Part shown: positions 55,401 to 64,000 of the stretch, one piece after another | Layout of the letters: each line of letters opens with the position of its first letter | Numbering within the stretch: position 1 is the first letter of the stretch | Assembly (NCBI RefSeq): GCF_039654945.1 | Contig: NW_027361767.1 | Span: 1,798,001-1,862,000, forward strand | Length of the DNA: 64,000 nucleotides | Direction of reading: 5' to 3' | Origin: Dendrobates tinctorius | Taxonomy: Eukaryota | The notes under the pieces: model-generated | The model's input: only the letters and a program-made list of their open reading frames with translations | Told to the model about the DNA's origin: nothing | Database searches by the model: none | Program-made: the position numbers and the translations under genes

Positions 55401-56089
55401 CTTTACTCAACGCCTCCAAAATTCAGGCTGTGACTGTCTCGATCACCCCTAGAAACCTCCAGGAAGCTGACATCTGAGGAGCTGTTTGATGGAATCCTTA
55501 CACTGGAGAATTAAAACCTGTTCATTTTTAGGTTTGGATTTTTTAGGTAATAAATTCTACAATGTGAGAACCCTATCCTACCCCACCTCATATCTCAGCT
55601 TCTGGGACCGCCATGGGTGTGACACTAGGGCAAGGGGATTTCGCACCTCCATGAAGTTGTTTCAGGTTTTGAGAGGAATTAACCATTTGTGTTCCACTCA
55701 GTCTGACCAAGGAGGACATGCTGTTCCAGCCCCTTTCCGACATTGAGGAGATGAACGAGGAGACCTACACCCGGCCGTTCCCGCTCTTCAGCCGTCTCTT
55801 CCCGGGAGTGGGACCCTCTCCACTATCGTCATCCGCTGCTCTCACTGCCCCATTAGTGGCCCCCGAGAGCCAAATGACTTTACTAAGAAGATCAACTAGC
55901 TCTTCCTCCAGGACTTCTGACAGTCTGTATCAGGAGGGTCCTGTAGACCCCACACAAGCAGAGACCCTCCCTCATCCTGAGACACGACCTCCTGACGTCC
56001 CAGTCCAGTCCATATTCCAGGCTGAATCCCCCCCGCCTGCCAGTGAGCGGGTTGCCCCCATAACAGACACCATTGCTTCTGCCCAATAG
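46422..56089 (+). CDS. BEST2: Bestrophin-2 calcium-activated anion channel, 496 aa, 9 coding exons
   Basis: Exons 46422-46573, 46645-46739, 46903-47136, 48384-48538, 53194-53271, 53519-53671, 53764-53844, 54340-54494, 55702-56089, all GT-AG, 1491 nt in frame. [17 protein letters not shown] start, KRFPT motif, [10 protein letters not shown] calcium clasp; adjacent to GET3 as in human. Confidence 0.94.
47137..48284 (+). repeat. About 30-bp C-rich minisatellite (GTGCTGCTGAGGCTTCCCCCCCCCCTCCC) starting at a BEST2 splice donor
   Basis: About 37 copies with variable poly-C length. Confidence 0.95.
48592..49072. mobile_element. PIF/Harbinger-type MITE
   Basis: TIR GGCCGGTTTCACACATCAGTTTTT / AAAAACTGATGTGTGAAACAGGCC; flanks TCA / TAA; internal CGGATCCG motifs. 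Confidence 0.75.
50160..51158 (+). repeat. 39-bp minisatellite (CAGTATCACACAGGATAGGATTAGATACACGGCTCAGCAG)
   Basis: About 20 copies, interrupted by a MITE. Confidence 0.93.
50259..50449. mobile_element. Young PIF/Harbinger-type MITE
   Basis: Perfect 24-bp TIR GGCCTGTTTCACACTTCCGTTTTT; TTA TSD within a minisatellite unit. Confidence 0.85.
51165..52792 (-). mobile_element. Full-length Tc1 transposon (DD34E); transposase 52394-51372 with a premature stop near the C-terminus
   Basis: [60 protein letters not shown] at 51417-51419 precedes [14 protein letters not shown]. Confidence 0.92.
54927..55298. mobile_element. Palindromic TTAA-flanked MITE (T2/Kolobok-like)
   Basis: TTAA at 54923-54926 and 55299-55302; the two halves are imperfect inverted copies of each other over more than 130 bp. 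Confidence 0.7.
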
Positions 56090-56473
56090 GCTTCGAGAGG
56101 CAGACTGTGATGTTCATGGACAATGCAGATGAGAATGCGCTTCATCACTGCGGAGTATCGCTGCACTGCGCCAAATACGTCGTCCATGCGCTGCACTCTC
56201 TTATCTGCTGCCATAGACCACTGATTATGGATGAACGGCTTCTCTATTCTCCATGATCCTCTGAAAAAGACTACCGTAATTGTTTGTTGTGGTAAAATAA
56301 TTCCTAGATCACTTCTGTCTTTTTGTGGCATAAAAGTATTTACGCCTTGTTTTTGGCTAAACACAGTATTAACAATGTAATCTATTTTATTGTACAACGT
56401 AAAAAACACAAGTAACATAAAGACCCGATGTAAACAATGTACCGTAACTATTGGACGATGCATCCCTCTTACT

Positions 56474-56479
56474 AATAAA
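56474..56479 (+). other. Candidate polyadenylation signal of BEST2
   Basis: AATAAA about 385 nt after the stop codon. Confidence 0.55.
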
Positions 56480-56542
56480 ACTGTCTTATTACCATTATAA
56501 ATAGTCACTTCAAAGCTGTTACTCAGTTTAGTGCCCTTGTAA

Positions 56543-56860
56543 GGCTGTGTAAGCAGTTTATTCGCGGGTTTTTTTTTAAGCGTTTTTACCGGCAAAAACG
56601 CTTAAAAGAAGCATCCCATTCATTTTAATGAATTCCGCACTTTTTGTGCACATTGATACGTTTTTTTATTGCAAAAAAACGCATCGCGGTAAAAAACACA
56701 GCATGCTCATTAATTTTGTGGAAAAATCCACATTTCTAACTATACTCTGAGACTGGGGATGCTCCGGAAAAAAATTCATAAAAACGAGCAAAAATCGTGC
56801 GAAAAACGCGCGTTTCCGGTGAAGCAGTCAGGAATTTTCTGCATACGTGTATACATAGCC
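56543..56860. mobile_element. Harbinger-type MITE related to 42568-42896
   Basis: GGCTGTGTA... / ...TACATAGCC ends with TAA TSD; internal AAAAACGC repeats. Confidence 0.65.
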
Positions 56861-56934
56861 TAATAATGCAGACCAAATAATGGTACCTGAACATTAATAA
56901 CACACCACAACACAAATAACTACTATAGTACTAA

Positions 56935-59085
56935 GAGGCAATATTATAGTAGTTATATTCTTGTACATAGGGGGCAGTATTATAGTAGTTATATTCTTGT
57001 ACATAGGGGGCAGTATTATAGTAGTTATATTCTTGTCCATAGGGAGCAGTATTATAGTAGTTATATTCTTGTACATAGGGTCAGTATTATAGTAGTTATA
57101 TTCTTGTACATAGGAGCAGTATTATAGTAGTTATATTCTTGTACATAGGAGCAGTATTATAGTAGTTATATTCTTGTACATAGGGGGCAGTATTATAGTA
57201 GTTATATTCTTATATATAGGGGCAGTATTATAGTAGTTATATTCTTGTACATAGGGGGCAGTATTATAGTAGTTATATTCTTGTACATAGGGGGCAGTAT
57301 TATAGTAGTTATATTCTTGTCCATAGGGAGCAGTATTATAGTAGTTATATTCTTGTACATAGGGTCAGTATTATAGTAGTTATATTCTTGTACATAGGAG
57401 GCAGTATTATAGTAGTTATATTCTTGTACATAGGAGCAGTATTATAGTAGTTATATTCTTGTCCATAGGGAGCAGTATTATAGTAGTTATATTCTTGTAC
57501 ATAGGGTCAGTATTATAGTAGTTATATTCTTGCACATAGGGGGCAGTATTATAGTAGTTATATTCTTGTACATAGGAGCAGTATTATAGTAGTTATATTC
57601 TTGTACATAGGGGGCAGTATTATAGTAGTTATATTCTTGTACATAGGGGCAGTATTATAGTAGTTATATTCTTGTACATAGGGGGCAGTATTATAGTAGT
57701 TATATTCTTATATATAGGGGCAGTATTATAGTAGTTATATTCTTGTACATAGGGGGCAGTATTATAGTAGTTATATTCTTGTACATAGGGGCAGTATTAT
57801 AGTAGTTATATTCTTGTACATAGGGGGCAGTATTATAGTAGTTATATTCTTATATATAGGGGCAGTATTATAGTAGTTATATTCTGGTACATAGGGGCAG
57901 TATTATAGTAGTTATATTCTTGTACATAGGGGCAGTATTATAGTAGCTATATTCTTGTATATAGGGGGCAGTATTATAGTAGTTATATTCTTGTACATAG
58001 GGGCAGTATTATAGTAGTTATATTCTGGTACATAGGGGCAGTATTATAGTAGTTATATTCTTGTACATAGGAGGCAGTATTATAGTAGATATATTCTTGT
58101 ACATAGGGGCAGTATTATAGTAGATATATTCTTGTATATAGGAGCAGTATTATAGTAGTTATATTCTTGTACATAGGGGGCAGAATTATAGTAGTTATAT
58201 TCTTGTGTTTCAGCCATTGGGTGGTGTGAGCATTGTCTTACTGACTTGTTCACACTTGTGCATGTCACATATGTTTTTAATCCGTTTTTCCTTGCTATGC
58301 ATGGTTTGGGAGACCCCACCCCTCTCCTGTGTGACATGCACATAAATGAGCTGTCTTACACCACAACCCCATATACTAGGAGGCGCCTGTCTGTATCCTG
58401 TTTATTTAGACACTGTTCTCATATTCAGGTTTTAAATACATTAGATAGGGACTGCTTCGTGAAGGGTTACCGTGACGTGGTGAAGCGGCTTGGTATACAT
58501 TTTTTGCAAAAAACGTATCAACTAAATACCCTGTATTTGTTATACAGCACTTGCTGATTACTGTCATGTTTTTTACTGCAGAGTATTTTTGCAAATTTGT
58601 CATTTTGTGTTCTTTTGTTGTGTATAAATATTAAGAGGCAATATTATATTAGTTATATTCTTGTACATAGGAGCAGTATTATAGTAGTTATATTCTTGTA
58701 CATAGGAGCAGTATTATAGTAGTTATATTCTTGTACATAGGGGGCAGTATTATAGTAGTTATATTCTTGTACATAGGGGGCAGTATTATAGTGGTTATAT
58801 TCTTGTACATAGGAGCATTATTATAGTAGTTATAGTCTTGTATACAGGAGACAGTATTATAGTAGTTATATTCTTGTACATAGGGGACAGTATTATAGTA
58901 GTTATATGCTTGTACATAGGGGCAGTATTATAGCAGTTATATTCTTGTACATAGGGGCAGTATTATAGTAGTTATATTCTTGTACATAGGGGGCAATATT
59001 ATAGTAGTTATATTCTTGTACATAGGGGGCAGTATTATAGTAGTTATATTCTTGTACATAGGGGGCAGTATTATAGTAGCTATAG
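56935..59085 (-). repeat. 35-36-bp minisatellite array in reverse orientation, split by a unique ~420-bp segment (58207-58630)
   Basis: Reverse complement of the 4270-5183 unit. Confidence 0.93.
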
Positions 59086-59086
59086 A

Positions 59087-59376
59087 TAGTGATGAGTGAA
59101 CGTGCTCGCATAAGGTGTTATCCACATGCTCGGGTGCTGATTGTCTTCGGCGTGCTTGAATATGTTCAAGTCCCCGCGGCTGCATGGCTCACGGCTGTTG
59201 AGCAGCCGTAACACATTTCCTGTTTGTTTGGCAATCTTTGCCTGTGTTGTGGCTGTCGAACAGCTGTGATGCAGTCGCAGGGACTCAGACATATTTTTTG
59301 AGCACACTGCAGACTCCCGGTCAGCACCTGAGCATGATCGGATAACACCTTATCCGATCACATTCGCTCATCATTA
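59087..59376. mobile_element. hAT-like MITE, same family as 16469-16686
   Basis: TAGTGATGAGTGAA / TTCGCTCATCATTA termini; shared internal AGTCCCCGCGGCTG. Confidence 0.65.
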
Positions 59377-59471
59377 GTTATAATAGTAATTGGCAGAAAA
59401 TTTCGAATGGTGATTAAAGAAGAACCGCAAAGTGGATTTTGTCACCAAAGGTATCAATGTAGTCTGTATAA

Positions 59472-59817
59472 GGGTGAGTTTCCACTATGCGCATTGGACG
59501 GAGCGGAAACCCCGCCCCCTTCTGTACGCACGGTGATTCCAGATGTGCTCACTGAATCGCCGCACTGTATACATAGAGTAGGCTGTTTACCTTGTGGAGA
59601 CTGAGCGTCTCCACAAGGTAAACAGACATGATGTGATCTAAAAAGACGCGCCGCATGTCCGGAAACGCAGGGCCGCCGGATGTGTGTTCGCATGCATAGT
59701 GGAGACGGGGTTTCATAAAATCCCCTCCACTATGCTGTAACATCTGGACACTGCGGCTGTACACAGCATTCAACCTGCAGCTAATCTGGATGTAATCCGG
59801 AAAGTGGAAACATACCC
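59472..59817. mobile_element. Harbinger-type MITE
   Basis: TIR GGGTGAGTTTCCACT / AGTGGAAACATACCC; TAA TSD. Confidence 0.7.
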
Positions 59818-60214
59818 TAATGGCACCATTACAACTGGTCTTGTTGAGGTAGCTTTTGAGGGAGGGCTAAATTAACCCTTCACGGTTGACCAAGTGATTT
59901 CCAAATTAATCCACGGGGCATTGCTAGCAACTGGGAATGACCAGACGGAGACGGGGGTCTCTGTATGGGAGGATCAAGGCAGATCACTAAGCCCGTTTAT
60001 TTTGTCACCTCTTTTTATAGTATTTTGCTTAATTATGCAAAGTACTCAGCTACCAATAACATCGTCGTAATACATTTACTTTAAGCCAATAGTATTGCAA
60101 GAAAATTGGAATATGTCCCTAGCTGCGTGATGTAGAAAATAGAACAATAGCACATTCTTCAGGGTCTCATATCTTGTACAAGCTGGAACAGTCTGGTTTC
60201 ATAACAACCGTGAA

Positions 60215-60988
60215 TGTTATGATTGAGTCACCGAAGGAGGCAAAAACAGAAATGCTAGCTAAGTCCAGAAAACCAGAGAGGTTGGCAGCTATCGGATTGC
60301 AGACCCCTGAACCTATTAACACAGCTAGCAGTAGCCGTGGGGGGTTCCTACGATGCCCTAGACCCCTCGATCACAGCCGGAGAATTAAATAGCCTAAAGA
60401 CAGAAAGGGAAATCTAAACTGCCCCAGAGCAGACCCCAAAGCAAAAGGCAGCCCCCCACATATAATGACGGTGAAGCAAGGAGAAAGAGCACAACACAGA
60501 CAGATAGACTGAGCAAAGACGGGGCCCAAGCTAACTAGATAGGAAAGGACAGGAAGGCTGCTGTCTGCAATCCGTGAAAAACCCTATGAAAATAAGAGCC
60601 AACAGACTGACAGTGAAAAAGGCCCTGAAGACGCTAGGCTTCAAAAAGACTGTCAGTACTCAGGAATATTCTGAAGACAGAGCAACCGGCAAAAGGAGAA
60701 TCAGCTCACCCCAGCAGGGAATGGCAGAATCCAGAAAAGCAAGGCAAACAAAAACAAAACACAAATGCTAAAAGGCAAAGCAGAAAACTTAGCTTTAGAG
60801 GAGCAGGAATCAGACTGGTTTCCTAGAAGTCCACAGAGAAATCACCCGCAGGGCAGAAGGGCGTCGGCAGCCTTATATCCAGTCCGTGACTCCACTCAGC
60901 CAGTCATCCTCATTAGGCTCAGGTGCCTGATAATCAGGCTCATTACCTTCCTTTACCAGAATAGGGAGTTCACCAGACCTCAGTGACG
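60215..60988. mobile_element. Probable solo LTR of an unrelated retrotransposon inside the ERV 3' LTR; boundaries approximate
   Basis: Starts TGTTATG and ends ...GTGACG; purine-rich block that is compositionally distinct from its flanks; no clean TSD seen. Confidence 0.45.
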
Positions 60989-63022
60989 AAGGGGAAAATG
61001 AACTCACAACACGTGAACTTTTATCTAGTTAAGTTGCAAAATTTACCTCGTAAACAGCAAAATGGCGTCGCAAGCACAAAAAAGGAGTCTGGAGAACAAG
61101 ATGTCCCGTAAATCTGAATACTGTACTTCACAATCCCCCCTAGATAAATTTTGTTAACTAATATGCAGCATCAGAGATGCTATCCCAAGCCATAAGCTCG
61201 AGGGGTACTGGTCTTCACATGGCTGATGCCGTGTTATCAGTCATGGCTGTTGAGGCACACCCATCCCCCCTGTATGCTGCAATTTACGAATAACAATTTT
61301 TGATAACGGTGGTGGAGATCTTTTGAAGGTAGCCATGCACTTGGCTTCAACATCTTCATCAAGTAACCTTTTGATATCGGTGCAGAGAAGAGCAGGGGCG
61401 ACGACACCTTTGGTATCATCATTAGCTGTTCTAGTGTAGAATTTCCTAATACATACAGAAATACACCAAAGAACAAGTTTTAGTATCACATATACAACAA
61501 GGATACAGGCAGCAACGTGTAACAAGCTTTGTAAGATCCCAGCTATCCAGCCCCCAATTCCCTTAAACCAATCGGCTGGATTGAGAAAGGAGAAGGTGTC
61601 TGACCACCAACTGTCCTTATTACAATCATCGTCTTTATCATATTGATCTCTGAGTCTTTGAATATCTTCTAACTTTTAACTTCTACCAATAATAGTAATA
61701 TGGAAAATACGAAAAACCAAAACATCATGTCCCCTTTATTTGCTATTGGCTTGTTGGGTGATGAGGAGGACTTCATAGGGACCGTCATACAAGGGTTCTA
61801 GTCCGTGCTTCCTGACATGCCATTTCACGACTACAAAATCACCAGGCTTCAGATTATAACAGGTGTCGGTTTCTGCTGAATCTGGAAGAGAAGCGGAAAC
61901 TAGAACATAGGTGTTAGCAAGATTTTTACTAAGCAGAATAACATATTGAACAGCACGGTCAGTTTCTTCTGATAACTGCTGGGGCTGGAAATTTGCAACT
62001 GGGGGCCTAGTACCAAACAATATCTCATACGGGGACAAGCCATGTTTTGTAATAGGGGTAGTACGGATGTGGTATAGTACAATGGGTAGGAGCTCTGGCC
62101 ATGGAGCCGTAGTCTCCTGCATCATTTTGGTCAATTATCCCTCAGTGTGCCGTTCAGCCTCTCAACTTTCCCACTGGATTGTGGGTGGTACGGAGTATGG
62201 AGGGCTACAGTGGATCCAAGCATTGTCAGAACTTCTTGGTACACATGAGAAGAAAAGGCCGGACCTTGATCACTTTCAACAACTTCTAGAACCCCATATC
62301 TGCATATAACTTCCATCACCAGTTTCTTCGCTGTGGTTTTTGTGGTCATGTTGGTAACAGGGAATGCTTCCGGCCAACTGGAGAACATGTCAACAACAAC
62401 CAAACAGTATTCATACCTTCCAGACTTAGGTAACGTGATAAGGTCCTCCTGGAGACTTTGGAAAAGATAGTCAGACTTAGCAAGGTGCTTTGGTGGTACA
62501 CGTTGAAGTTGACCGGGATTGCAGGTCTGACAGATATTACAGGCACGGATGAGCGCTGTCAAAACTGTGGAAATTCCTGGGGCCCAGTAGAATTTTTGCA
62601 CCAGTGCGAGGAATTGATTTTTTTCCCTCGATGTGTAGGTCCATGTGCCCATGTGGCAATAGCAGGGTACATCCGCTTAGGGAGACACACGAGTTGGTCC
62701 TTTTCCAGAGACCATTATACATACGTGCCTCATCAGTCTTCCATTGCTTCACCTCTTCCTTTGGAGACATTCTCTGCATCGTCATTAAGCGGTCTCGAGG
62801 GGTCGGACAGACAACTTCAGTCTGTTGTAGATCATCAGGTTCTTGTAGGGTCAGTGCTTCTTGTAACTGTTTACACTGAGAGTGTGTGGTCACCATAGTT
62901 GGTATGGTTGGTTCAACGGGTAAGAGAGCGGCGGCTTTCGCTTGCATATCCGCAAATGCGTTGCCAACAGTCTGTGGACTGTTCCTAGGACCGTGCGCAT
63001 TAACTCTGATAATGGCCACCTG

Positions 63023-63879
63023 TGTTAGGAACGGCGGAACACACTAAATAAAAATAATAATAAAGTGCGTACGCCGCTCGGGGTCCACCGTGCAGTAGGT
63101 GATATAATGGCTGCTAAGTGGTGGCAGGAGCAATATGGCGGAAATGCGCACAGGGTTAAACGTCACCCAGGTGCGCAGAGCAATCTCAGTTAATTCACAG
63201 AGATGCCAAATAAACACAAACACAAAAGACTGAGCCTGTTGTAGTCACAGTACTCAGTATAAATACACACACGGTATAAGGTCACAGGAGTAGCCCCAGA
63301 TGGCGGCACTACGTCCGTCTAGACCTACCATGTGCGGAGCGTCGCAACTGCGAACGCAAAGGGGCTGCTACTGCAGCGCGGCGTGGACACTGCCGCCAAA
63401 CGACAAGGCTAAGGCCCAAGCGCAATGTCGGACGCAGGCAGCTGTGGCTGTTGCAGCAGAGGAGCGCTGGCGCTGATTCTCAGTCCCTAACCACATACGT
63501 AATATCAGAGGGAAGGGGTTTCATAATGAGTCATTCACCAGAATCATACATCCGTCCTCATACACACAGCAGCAAGTAAGTCTACACTAGCCCATGGCGG
63601 AACAGCCATGCGCGCCTTTTATAGCAGCCGGGACCTTCTGCGAGCCTCCAGATCTCTGAGATGGACCAATGAGATCTGGAGCAGGACCTGAGCACATGAC
63701 TCCCGATATCCAATGGGAGATCGTCCCATGAGCATGCTCAGTAGAAGGACAGAAGGACTTGGCCTCATGAGAGATTTGCTGCAAGGCCATCTCCTCTGCA
63801 GTAGATAAACAGCAGGAGACTGCTGAGATGTGAGGTTCTGGATCCGTGCAGAGTAAACGCAGAAATCTGACGCCTAACA
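63023..63879 (-). mobile_element. Solo LTR inserted into the ERV RNase H domain
   Basis: TGTTAGG...CCTAACA termini; 5-bp TSD ACCTG at 63018-63022 and 63880-63884. Removing it rejoins SIKLPTQV to AIIRVNAH. Confidence 0.88.
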
Positions 63880-64000
63880 ACCTGAGTAGGTAATTTGATC
63901 GAGTCCATAAGGGTTTTAACTGCTTCAGCATTTTTCACTGGGGTTCCGGCAGTAGTAATAAACCCTCGATTGGCCCGTAGAGCCCCCAAATCATGAGCAA

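Larger units (their letters stand above)
59842..64000 (-). mobile_element. Decayed class I (gamma/epsilon-like) endogenous retrovirus: pol RNase H-integrase remnants, env TM remnant, PPT and 3' LTR; continues beyond the window
   Basis: RGFITTAGTPVKN and AIIRVNAH (RNase H); CQTC, VVDMFS.WPEAFP, ESDQG, YHPQSSGKVERLNG (integrase); KPGDFVVV...DGPYEVLL (GPY/F). Env-like TM segment at about 61676-61241; PPT AGGGGGGAT next to TG at 61132; LTR 61132-59842 ends in CA and has TATAAA and AATAAA near 60000. Confidence 0.85.

Noticed and set aside
46422-56089. Assignment as BEST1, BEST3 or BEST4
   Set aside because: The N-terminal sequence and adjacency to GET3 favour BEST2.

Overview
Repeat-rich vertebrate genomic DNA, most consistent with a frog. 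Four spliced protein-coding genes can be rebuilt with GT-AG junctions and consistent phases: an RNF11-like RING-H2 ligase (+, 3 exons), TRIR/C19orf43 (-, 3 exons), GET3/ASNA1 (+, 7 exons, sharing a bidirectional CCAAT-rich promoter with TRIR) and BEST2 (+, 9 coding exons). TRIR-GET3-BEST2 matches the human 19p13 gene order. The rest is mostly mobile DNA and tandem repeats: seven Tc1-superfamily elements (two with intact DD34E ORFs, one DD38E), hAT, Harbinger-type and TTAA-type MITEs, a probable Helitron carrying a minisatellite, L2 LINE fragments, a Penelope-like fragment with a hammerhead-like fold, a decayed class I ERV with LTR insertions, and about a dozen minisatellite arrays. The most unusual observations are a 36-bp micro-inversion that flips the start codon of the DD38E transposase, a probable RNF11 paralog, an intact sense-strand transposase inside the likely RNF11-like 3' UTR, and a 30-bp-phased array of CTCF-like motifs in a BEST2 intron. 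All coordinates were read by eye and no searches were run. No novel system is demonstrated; the findings are hypotheses.
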